From assembly GCA_045807485.1 (NCBI GenBank), contig JBJMHG010000143.1, positions 1 to 26,855 of the forward strand: 26,855 nucleotides of DNA, given 5' to 3'. The number at the start of each line of letters is the position of its first letter. Position 1 is the first letter of the stretch. Positions 6,842 through 15,382 of the stretch are shown in pieces. The notes under the pieces were generated by a model. It searched no databases, was not told where the DNA came from, and saw only the letters and a list, made by a program, of their open reading frames with translations. The translations under genes were made by a program, and so were the position numbers. Source of the stretch: Actinomycetes bacterium (GTDB lineage: Bacteria; Actinomycetota; Actinomycetes; JAHEKZ01).

Positions 6842-8104
6842 GTGAGCCGCCAGCAGCTCGACCGGGGTCGACCCGCGCTGACGCACGAGGCCGCGGCCCC
6901 TGATGGGGCCACCGACGACTCAGGCTGTCCGGTTCTTCATGTCGACATGGATGCCTTCTACGCCTCCGTCGAGCTTCGCGACTATCCCGAGCTGGTGGGA
7001 ACCCCGGTGGTCGTTGCAGGCGGTGGAAATCGCGGCGTCGTCCTTTCAGCCACCTACGAGGCAAGACGGTTCGGCGTCCACTCAGCCATGCCGACGTCTC
7101 GAGCCCGCAGGCTGTGTCCCAATGCCACGTTCTTAGAACCGCACCACGCCGAGTACTCACGTATCTCGCAGAACGTCATGGCGATCTTTGGGTCGATCAC
7201 CCCAGAAGTCGAGCCACTCAGTCTCGACGAGGCCTTTCTGGACGTCACCGGTTCGATCCGTCGACTGGGCTCGCCAGCGCAGATCGGTGAGCTGATCCGC
7301 ACCCGGGTTCACGACGAACAAGGCATCACCTGCTCGGTAGGCGTTGCGTCAACCAAGTTCGTGGCCAAGCTCGCATCGGGCCTGTGCAAGCCGGACGGAT
7401 TGCTGATCGTTCCTGCTGACGAGGTAGTTGACTTCTTGCACCCGCTCCAGATCGGCGCCCTCTGGGGAGTTGGCGACAAGACTGAAGAGACACTGAGCCG
7501 GTTGGGACTGCGGACTGTGGCCGATCTTGCCCATACCCCGGTCGGCACTTTGGAGCGTGCGCTCGGACCGGCCGCCGGACGACACCTGTGGGAACTCGCG
7601 TGGGGACGCGACGAGCGGGTGGTGGTCCCTGATGCCGCCGAGAAGAGTGTCAGCCGCGACCGCACGTTCGACGTTGATGTTGACGACCCAGAGATCGTTC
7701 GACGAGAGCTGCTGAGGCTCTCCCAGAGTGTCGCCTCTCAGCTTCGCAGCCACGACCTGGCTTCGCGCACCATCGCGGTGAAGATCAGGTTCGCCGACTT
7801 CAGCACCATCAGTCGGTCTCGCACCCTGGCGCACCCCACCGATATCGCTTACGACATCTACACCACGGCGGTGGGGTTGTACGAGGCGCTCGGCCTCGAC
7901 CGGGCCAGGATCCGGCTGGTGGGCGTCCGCGCCGAGGGGCTCATGGACGGTTCTACGGTCGCCCGTCAGCTGACCTTCGATGAGCAGCCAGAGGCCTGGC
8001 GTGATGCGGAGCGGGCCGCAGACCAAGCCGCCCAGCGATTCGGCCGGGGGGCAGTTCGCCCAGCGAGCCTGGTCGAACCACGCACCGATCGAGACTTATC
8101 GTGA
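6842..8104 (+). CDS. dinB: DNA polymerase IV (Y-family), catalytically intact (420 aa)
   Basis: HVDMDAFYASVE (D35), SATYEARRFGVHSAMP, SLDEAFLD (D129, E130), KFVAKLAS..KPDG, WGVG, little finger (VKIRFADF..ISRSRTL, IRLVGVR), C-terminal QLTF. AGGAG RBS upstream of GTG. Confidence 0.95.
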   Translation: MSRQQLDRGRPALTHEAAAPDGATDDSGCPVLHVDMDAFYASVELRDYPELVGTPVVVAGGGNRGVVLSATYEARRFGVHSAMPTSRARRLCPNATFLEPHHAEYSRISQNVMAIFGSITPEVEPLSLDEAFLDVTGSIRRLGSPAQIGELIRTRVHDEQGITCSVGVASTKFVAKLASGLCKPDGLLIVPADEVVDFLHPLQIGALWGVGDKTEETLSRLGLRTVADLAHTPVGTLERALGPAAGRHLWELAWGRDERVVVPDAAEKSVSRDRTFDVDVDDPEIVRRELLRLSQSVASQLRSHDLASRTIAVKIRFADFSTISRSRTLAHPTDIAYDIYTTAVGLYEALGLDRARIRLVGVRAEGLMDGSTVARQLTFDEQPEAWRDAERAADQAAQRFGRGAVRPASLVEPRTDRDLS

Positions 8105-8154
8105 GCCCCTCAGAGGTGCGAGACTCCAGCGACGGTGTCACACTGCCGATGAAA

Positions 8155-8181
8155 GAATCGGTGACGATTCGTCAAGGATTC
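8155..8181. promoter_or_regulatory. Imperfect 27-bp palindrome between dinB and DUF3040 (operator or weak hairpin)
   Basis: GAATC-GG-TGACGA-T-TCGTCA-AG-GATTC; 11 of 13 symmetric pairs are complementary, centre 8168. Confidence 0.4.
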
Positions 8182-8296
8182 CCCGGTGGTGTTTCGCTCC
8201 CGGCGCGAGGGCTTATCCTGGGATCTGGAGACACCGGTGAGGCTGTCGCAGCACCACGTCACCACTGAAGCCAAGTTCCGACCGCGAGGAGGGGCC

Positions 8297-8683
8297 ATGC
8301 CGCTCTCCGAGCACGAGCAGCGTCTGCTCGAGCAGATGGAGCGTCAGCTCTATGCCGACGACCCCAAGCTGGCTTCGACTCTGCGCGGCACCGGTCGCTC
8401 TCTTCGTTCCCGCCACCAGGTCGTCCTCGGTGCCATCGGGATCGTTCTCGGTCTGGTTCTCCTCGTTGCCGGAGTTGCTGCACCGCTCTGGCCGCTTGGC
8501 GTTGCAGGATTCTTGGTCATGCTTGGCAGCGGTTGGTGGGCGAGCTCCGGTTGGCACAGCAGAACCCCAGCCTCGGGCGGGGCGTCGTCTCGCGGTCAGT
8601 CAGGCAGCAGCGGCGCGCGCAAGGCGGGCTTCATGAACCGGATCGAGGAGCGCTGGGAGCGACGCCGCGAGGGTGACGGCTAA
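8297..8683 (+). CDS. DUF3040 domain membrane protein (128 aa)
   Basis: GAGGAGG RBS then MPLSEHEQRLLEQMERQLYADDPKLA (family signature), two TM helices, C-terminal FMNRIEERWERR. Start corrected from the track's 8186. Confidence 0.9.
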   Translation: MPLSEHEQRLLEQMERQLYADDPKLASTLRGTGRSLRSRHQVVLGAIGIVLGLVLLVAGVAAPLWPLGVAGFLVMLGSGWWASSGWHSRTPASGGASSRGQSGSSGARKAGFMNRIEERWERRREGDG

Positions 8684-11084
8684 ACCACCCCGTCGCGGTA
8701 CTCGACGCGTGACGCGTGACATCTGCTGTGCGCTCGTTGAGACCATTCCAGAGTTTCACCAACGCCTGACGACCTGATGCCGGCCACCACGCCACTTGGC
8801 GACGATCACGTGATGCGAGCGACCCGAAGATCTCAGTTCTGATCGCCTCGGCCATAACGCGAAGTCGTGTCGGCTCAGGTACCGCCACCTCGCCCCCGGC
8901 GTAGCGCAAGCGCTCCACCAGATTCGCCAGCTCACGCAGGTCTTCGCTGGCCCCAGCGGACAGGCGGCAGCGCTGAGGAAGTCGGCCGGCAATGTCTCGA
9001 GGGGTGTCGGTTTGGGCAGCTGGGATCTCGACGTCGATGGTGGCGTCCAGGATGTCGGCCCATGCTGCTTCTACCGCGTCACGGTCGGTGGCGAGTTGTC
9101 TCCACCTTCGGCGCCGCGTGATCCGCTCGGCCGTCATTGGCGCCAGTGCCACGAGGGCCCCGACAACGAGTGCGGTGAGTAGCAACCACCAGCGCGATGC
9201 CGTAGGACTGTCGCCGGCACCTTGTGAACCGTCGGCGGTGACGCCACTACCGCCGATGCCTCGGTTCGCCTTTCGCAGCTCGCGAAGGCCCGGACCCGGG
9301 CCGCCGTCTACTTTGAACGAGCCACCACCCCTGCGCAGGCTGATCGGCCCGGAGTTCTGACTTGGCTTGCCTGGCTGGACGTTCTCCTGCGGAGCCGGGG
9401 CGTAGACCGGGGTCGAACCGCCATCTCCGCCACCTGGCGTGGGTTCGAAGCGCACCCAACCGATCCCCTCGAACCACAGTTCCGGCCAGGCGTGAGCGTC
9501 GTGCGCACTGACCTGCCACACGCCGGCGCTGGTCTCTGAACCTGGCGTGTATCCGACGACTACCCGTGCTGGGATGTCGAGCGCTCGTGCCATCAACGCC
9601 ATCGTCGCCGCGAACTGTTCGCAGTAGCCGGACTTGTCGTACAGGAACTGCTGCAGGGCCTCGTTGTCGTTGCCACCCACCGTGTCCAAGCTGTAGTCGA
9701 AATCGGTACGGAACCAGTTCTGCAGCATCACCGCTCGTTCATAGTCGCTGCTGGCGCCATTGGTGATCCGGAATGGCAAATTCTTGAGCACGAGCGCCGT
9801 GTTGTCCGGAATCTCGGTAAGTGTCGAGTCGGGCGTTGTGGGGGACGGCGCGTTAGTCAGCTGCTCGACGGTGGGCGAGATCTCGCGCTCTGTGACGGTG
9901 TATCCGACGCCGAGGCTGCTCGTGTCGCCAGGGGTGAACACGTCGTGCGTGTCAGTGTCCCAACGCCAGTCGCCTGCAACGTCGATCTTCGATGCCGGGT
10001 ATGGAGTCGGCAGTCGCTTGCCGTCGAGTCCGTTGATTTGTATGTCATAGGTCGCCGACGACTGGGCGACGTCGTCCGAAAGACCTTCCGGAGTGGGAAT
10101 TCCATCGGCAACTTGCTGGTCTGCGCTGGCGCCAAGCTCTTCAAGTCGCCAGCTGAAGCCATCGAACGCGTCGAGGGTGGCCACCTGAAGGTAGTCAGGA
10201 CTCGTCGCGGTCGTCGAGTATGTCAGCACCGGACTGTCAGGGCCCAAACGAAGGTCGCGGCGTAAGTTCGTGATCGGGTTCAGCGTGGTGACGCGTTGTT
10301 CGGAGGTGTCAGCCGATCCTGGACCGTTGCCGTCTTCTTCCCCTGAGCCGAAACCGAAACGTCCGTCGTCAAGGCTCGGCAGAAAGATCGGAACGACAAC
10401 GGCTACCGCGAGCGCTGCAGCACCGAGGCGGCGGCCGGTTCCTCCGACGGCATGCATGCGTGAAGGAGCGTCGCCTTCGACCGGACGCCCCCACTTCGCC
10501 AGTTCGCGGCGTCCGTCGGTCAGCAGCAGCAGCAACCACCCTGCGCCGGCGAGCAGGAAAAGCGGCCAGGGCACCCCGTCGGGCAACACGACCGCGGGCA
10601 CCAGGTACAGCGCCAACAATGGAATCCCTGCGAGAGTGGCTTGCCGCCAGGTGACAGCGACCGCATCGACGATCCAAGCGATCAGCGCGACTCCGACGAC
10701 CACGAGGAACTGGACGCCTTCGGTGACGGTGATTGGTGCGACCTCAGCGTTGATGACTTCTTGACCGCGCTCGGCGAGCAGGCGGAACTCGTCCCAAACG
10801 TCCGGACCGGGGATCACCCAGAAGTAGGCGATGTCGCCCGCGAACATCCACGTGATGACGAGCAACAACGCAAGCCCCTGGCAGACGGTGACGAGCCAAC
10901 GCGGCCACGACAGCGTTCGCAACAACGTGCCAATCACCGTGACCGTTGCGACCGCCACCAAGGTCGCCATGAACCACGGGCCATCGCCCAAGGTCGGAGC
11001 AAGTGCAAACGTCGTCAGTATGACGGCGGCAGCTGCAGCGGCGCTTGGCATGAGCTGGTCGATGAACTCTCGGCGTCGAATCAC
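8631..11084 (-). CDS. Transglutaminase-like (TgpA-type) multi-pass membrane protein: N-terminal TM domain (DUF3488-like), TGase core, C-terminal TM plus DUF4129-like domain (817 aa)
   Basis: GYCEQFAATMALMARALDIPARVVVGY (catalytic Cys), DAHAWPELWFEGIGWVRFEPTP (His and acidic residue). GTGA overlap with the DUF58 stop. Confidence 0.9.
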   Translation of the reverse strand: MIRRREFIDQLMPSAAAAAAVILTTFALAPTLGDGPWFMATLVAVATVTVIGTLLRTLSWPRWLVTVCQGLALLLVITWMFAGDIAYFWVIPGPDVWDEFRLLAERGQEVINAEVAPITVTEGVQFLVVVGVALIAWIVDAVAVTWRQATLAGIPLLALYLVPAVVLPDGVPWPLFLLAGAGWLLLLLTDGRRELAKWGRPVEGDAPSRMHAVGGTGRRLGAAALAVAVVVPIFLPSLDDGRFGFGSGEEDGNGPGSADTSEQRVTTLNPITNLRRDLRLGPDSPVLTYSTTATSPDYLQVATLDAFDGFSWRLEELGASADQQVADGIPTPEGLSDDVAQSSATYDIQINGLDGKRLPTPYPASKIDVAGDWRWDTDTHDVFTPGDTSSLGVGYTVTEREISPTVEQLTNAPSPTTPDSTLTEIPDNTALVLKNLPFRITNGASSDYERAVMLQNWFRTDFDYSLDTVGGNDNEALQQFLYDKSGYCEQFAATMALMARALDIPARVVVGYTPGSETSAGVWQVSAHDAHAWPELWFEGIGWVRFEPTPGGGDGGSTPVYAPAPQENVQPGKPSQNSGPISLRRGGGSFKVDGGPGPGLRELRKANRGIGGSGVTADGSQGAGDSPTASRWWLLLTALVVGALVALAPMTAERITRRRRWRQLATDRDAVEAAWADILDATIDVEIPAAQTDTPRDIAGRLPQRCRLSAGASEDLRELANLVERLRYAGGEVAVPEPTRLRVMAEAIRTEIFGSLASRDRRQVAWWPASGRQALVKLWNGLNERTADVTRHASSTATGWFSRHPRGVAPSAPRSGS

Positions 11085-12352
11085 GCGGACACCTCGGGCG
11101 CGAGGGCCGCCGAAGCAAACGTGATCTCAGACCAGGCGTCAGCCAGCTGCTGCCCTTGACGCAGATTCACGACCGCCCAACCCGCTGCGCGCAGCAAGTC
11201 GGCGGCCGCCGACCCGTCTTCTTGGCGTGGCCGGGTGCCCCACGACGCGGTGTCGAGCGCAATCGCGACGGTGGCACCCATTCCGTGCCGGGCTCGCGCC
11301 AGCTGGTCGGCCTCTTTGAGGGTGAGCGCGCCGAGGACGAGAACCAGCAACCCGTCGCTTCCGTGCCGCACCGAGGTCACCAGACGATGGATGCTGCTGC
11401 CTCGGTCGGGCTCGGCGACGGCGAGTGCGTCGAGCAGCAACCCGGTGGGGTCTCCACCGGCGCCACCATCAACCGCGCTGCTGCTGCTCACCTCGCGTCC
11501 CTCAGTCACCAGACGTACGGCGTAGCCGCGATGCGACAGGTGCAGTGCGATCGAAGCGGACGCCTCAACGGCTCGTTCGAAGGTACCGGTGTAAGGGGAG
11601 TCGCCGACATGCGCGACCGGGCGATCATCGAGCAGGACGGTGGCCCGGCTCTCCCACGGCTGCTCCTCGCGGCGCACCATCAAGGTGTCGGTCTTGGCGG
11701 TCGCACGCCAATGCACGCGCCGCAGCTCGTCACCATGGCGGTACTCGCGGACGGCGACATCATCATCACCCGCGGACGCGATTGAACGAGCTCTGCTCTC
11801 GCCTGTGCCGGTCCAGTCGCCGGTCAATGCGACGGTGGGCAGCTGCTCGATGCGAGGGGTGACCAGCAGGTGTCGCTGTCCTCGGAACGAGCGGTCCAGC
11901 TGGCAGAACCCGAACGGATCTGCGAGGCGCACGGACAAGGGACCGATGGAGTAGCGCCCTCTCCTGCTGCTGTGCACCGGGTAGGTCACTGAGCGCGAGC
12001 TCTGCGGCGTGAGGCGGTCGACCACGAATCGAGGACGCGGCCCAAGTGATGAGGGGACGCCGTCTTCGATCAGGAGCAGCCCGGTCGGAAGGTGCGAGAC
12101 ATTCTCTACGCGCACGGTGACGCTGGCAGACTCACCGGCGGGAATGCGCGCCGGCTCAAGCGTGCGTCCTGAGGCCAGTCGGAACCTGGTGCGGGCCACG
12201 CTCGCCGCAGACAACAGGGGGAGCACCATGGCCAACAGTCCGACCCTCATGATGTCTTGCTGGTCGAGCATCGCGGCCAACAAGAACGCAGTAACGCCAG
12301 CCGCGAGAAGCGCACGCCCTCGCGGCGTCAGCCCGGTAAGCGCGGCCTTCAT
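11081..12352 (-). CDS. DUF58 domain protein, MoxR partner (423 aa)
   Basis: N-terminal TM pair, RRGRYSIGPLSVRLADPFG, VREYRHGDELRRVHWRATAK...LMVRREEQ; lies between MoxR and the transglutaminase gene. Confidence 0.92.
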   Translation of the reverse strand: MKAALTGLTPRGRALLAAGVTAFLLAAMLDQQDIMRVGLLAMVLPLLSAASVARTRFRLASGRTLEPARIPAGESASVTVRVENVSHLPTGLLLIEDGVPSSLGPRPRFVVDRLTPQSSRSVTYPVHSSRRGRYSIGPLSVRLADPFGFCQLDRSFRGQRHLLVTPRIEQLPTVALTGDWTGTGESRARSIASAGDDDVAVREYRHGDELRRVHWRATAKTDTLMVRREEQPWESRATVLLDDRPVAHVGDSPYTGTFERAVEASASIALHLSHRGYAVRLVTEGREVSSSSAVDGGAGGDPTGLLLDALAVAEPDRGSSIHRLVTSVRHGSDGLLVLVLGALTLKEADQLARARHGMGATVAIALDTASWGTRPRQEDGSAAADLLRAAGWAVVNLRQGQQLADAWSEITFASAALAPEVSA

Positions 12353-12353
12353 G

Positions 12354-13364
<1,011 letters not shown>

Positions 13365-13464
13365 TGAGCCTCCTGGTCAGGGCGTGGCCGGGAACGGCAC
13401 GTCATGCGGTCAGAACGTAAGGGTAAGCCGCCGAGACTCCGGCAGCACTGCCGATCATGGTGCT

Positions 13465-13478
13465 CCACTTCACACCAC
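13465..13478 (-). promoter_or_regulatory. Two GTGG boxes at 10-bp spacing facing the MoxR operon (possible MraZ sites)
   Basis: Plus-strand CCAC at 13465-13468 and 13475-13478; minus strand reads GTGGTGTGAA-GTGG. Confidence 0.35.
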
Positions 13479-13532
13479 GGCGATGACCTGGATCTTCGGG
13501 GCTAAAGGTATGGACAGCGGAGGCCGAAATGA

Positions 13533-13560
13533 TTGACCGTGGGGGAAAGTGGGGTACTGT
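13533..13560 (+). promoter_or_regulatory. Putative housekeeping sigma promoter of the dcw operon
   Basis: TTGACC (13533-13538), 16 bp, TACTGT (13555-13560), 40 bp upstream of the mraZ ATG. Confidence 0.6.
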
Positions 13561-13572
13561 GGCGAATCGTGG
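13539..13572 (+). promoter_or_regulatory. MraZ operator: four GTGG boxes with exact 10-bp period
   Basis: GTGG at 13539, 13549, 13559 and 13569, plus in-phase degenerate GAGG at 13579 and 13589, overlapping the promoter spacer and -10. MraZ is known to bind such tandem repeats upstream of its own gene. Confidence 0.85.
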
Positions 13573-13600
13573 ATGAGCGAGGAGCGGGGAGGTGGCCGGG

Positions 13601-14029
13601 ATGTTCCTGGGCGAGCACTACCCCAAGCTCGATGACAAGGGCCGCCTCTTTCTCCCCGCCAAGTTCCGCGACGAGCTGCAGGGGGGGCTGGTGATCACGA
13701 AGGGCCAGGAGCACGCGCTCTTCGTCTTCCCGCGCCAAGAGTTTGTCGAGTACACGCACCGGTTCGACTCAGTCCCGCTGTCGAACAAGCGGGCGCGTGA
13801 CTACATCCGTTTGTTGTTGTCCGGCGCGTCCGATGAGCTGCCCGACCGCCAAGGTCGGATCACGATTCCGCCCACGCTGCGTCAGTACGCGAGCTTGTCG
13901 AAGGAGTGCGCAGTGATCGGCGCAGGAGCACGCGTCGAGATCTGGGACTCCGCGCGCTGGTCGGAGTACCGGGCCAGCACCGAAGACGCTTACGCCGACT
14001 TGAGCGAGGAGGTGCTGCCGGGAATCTGA
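13601..14029 (+). CDS. mraZ: Division/cell-wall cluster transcriptional repressor MraZ (142 aa)
   Basis: MFLGEHYPKLDDKGRLFLPAKFR, second DRQGRITIP motif, GAGARVEIWD; GGAGG RBS. Confidence 0.97.
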   Translation: MFLGEHYPKLDDKGRLFLPAKFRDELQGGLVITKGQEHALFVFPRQEFVEYTHRFDSVPLSNKRARDYIRLLLSGASDELPDRQGRITIPPTLRQYASLSKECAVIGAGARVEIWDSARWSEYRASTEDAYADLSEEVLPGI

Positions 14030-14031
14030 GT

Positions 14032-14119
14032 CTGCTCGTCGTGGTCTTCCGCCGCTTGTCGCGCTGGCGCACCTTCCCCGGTGCCAGGACGACCAGCGGA
14101 GGAAGACCAGGTCGAGTAG
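14032..14119 (+). ncRNA. mraW RNA motif (actinobacterial cis-regulatory hairpin with CUUCCCC loop)
   Basis: Long hairpin: CTGCTCG/CGAGTAG (one G-U), TGGTCTTCC/GGAAGACCA, CCGCT/AGCGG, GTCG/CGAC, CTGG/CCAG and CACC/GGTG, with CTTCCCC (14073-14079) at the apex. Located upstream of rsmH (mraW), as described for this motif. Confidence 0.8.
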
Positions 14120-14136
14120 GGCACCTACCGGGCAAA

Positions 14137-14174
14137 CAAGGCATTCAGCAAGGCGCAAGGCAGCGAGCAAGGTC
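14137..14174 (+). repeat. Four CAAGG units forming an imperfect 19-bp tandem duplication
   Basis: CAAGG at 14137, 14149, 14156 and 14168; CAAGGCATTCAGCAAGGCG vs CAAGGCAGCGAGCAAGGTC (14/19 identical). Confidence 0.6.
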
Positions 14175-14204
14175 AGTAGTCCAGCCGCACGTGAAGGGTC
14201 GAGC

Positions 14205-14426
14205 ATGAGTGGCATCGTGGGGATGACGCCGATTCGCCGAATCGGTGTTGTGAGCGCGGCTGGCGCGTTGAGTCGGCGCATACGTCACCACTTGAGTTCT
14301 CCGATCACGCGGGTTCGAGCCGACGGAGGGTTGCCCCTGAGGCTCGCGCTACCGGCGGCGGTGACCATCACGGCCGTCGTGTCGTCTGCGATCGTCATCG
14401 TTGCCAGTGCGGCGAGACCGATATGA
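14205..14426 (+). CDS. Candidate 73-aa small membrane protein upstream of rsmH
   Basis: GAAGGG RBS 6 nt before ATG; Arg-rich N-half; hydrophobic C-terminal segment [24 protein letters not shown]; the stop overlaps the rsmH start (ATGA 14423-14426). Confidence 0.5.
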   Translation: MSGIVGMTPIRRIGVVSAAGALSRRIRHHLSSPITRVRADGGLPLRLALPAAVTITAVVSSAIVIVASAARPI

Positions 14427-15382
14427 GCCACGGCTCTAGTCGCGGCGATGCTTTTGAGCACCTTCCTGTGCTGGCCGACCGCATCGTGGCGCTGCTGGCC
14501 CCAGCACTCCAGGAGCCGGGGGCGATCCTGGTCGATGCCACCGTGGGACTGGGCGGGCACAGCTCGGCGCTGCTTGCATCGTGCCCTCAAGCGCGTTTGG
14601 TCGGCATCGACCGAGACCCTGAGGCACTGCGGTTCGCCGAGAGCCGTTTGGCCGACTTTGCCGGCCGCACCACTTTCATCCACGCCGTCTACGACCAGTT
14701 GGACGCAGTCCTCGGTGCGCTCGGGTTTCCGCGCGTTCAGGGAGTGCTCTTCGACCTTGGCGTCTCGTCGATGCAGCTCGACGATGCGGGACGTGGGTTT
14801 GCCTATTCGTACGACGCACCACTCGACATGCGGATGGATCCGACCTCAGACCTCACCGCCGCGGACGTCGTCAACGGCTACTCAGCCGCTGAGCTCGCAC
14901 GGGTACTTCGCCAATACGGCGAGGAGAGGTTCGCAAGGAGAATCGCCCAACGCATTGTGGACTCCAGACCGCTGGCCTCGAGCGCCGAGTTGGTTGAGGT
15001 GATTCGAGCATCGGTTCCCGCGCCGGCCCAGCGCGAGGGCGGACATCCCGCAAAGCGCACGTTCCAGGCGCTCCGCATCGAGGTCAACGACGAGCTCGGG
15101 GCGCTGCAACGCGCGCTTCCCGCGGCCATCGATGCGTTGGCAGTGCATGGGCGCATCGTGGTCATGTCGTACCAGTCGCTGGAGGACCGGATCGCCAAAC
15201 AGGCCCTTGCTCAGGGCTTGCGTGATGACGTGCCGGAGGGACTCCCAGTCGCAGGACGCGGTCCCGAGTTGCGTCTGCTCACTCGCGGGGCAGAGCGAGC
15301 CAGCGAGGACGAGATCGAAGCCAACCCCAGGGCTATGTCGGTACGCGTGCGAGCTGCTGAGCGAATCAGGGAAGCCGCATGA
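14423..15382 (+). CDS. rsmH: 16S rRNA m4C1402 methyltransferase RsmH (MraW)
   Basis: [74 protein letters not shown]. Confidence 0.97.
   Translation: MSHGSSRGDAFEHLPVLADRIVALLAPALQEPGAILVDATVGLGGHSSALLASCPQARLVGIDRDPEALRFAESRLADFAGRTTFIHAVYDQLDAVLGALGFPRVQGVLFDLGVSSMQLDDAGRGFAYSYDAPLDMRMDPTSDLTAADVVNGYSAAELARVLRQYGEERFARRIAQRIVDSRPLASSAELVEVIRASVPAPAQREGGHPAKRTFQALRIEVNDELGALQRALPAAIDALAVHGRIVVMSYQSLEDRIAKQALAQGLRDDVPEGLPVAGRGPELRLLTRGAERASEDEIEANPRAMSVRVRAAERIREAA

Noticed and set aside
6842-8104. DinB as a true ImuB
   Set aside because: Catalytic D35, D129 and E130 are intact and there is no fused C-terminal domain; ImuB is catalytically dead.
13440-13453. CGGCAG-CA-CTGCCG palindrome upstream of moxR
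   Set aside because: 6-bp GC-rich arms are expected by chance; no supporting context.
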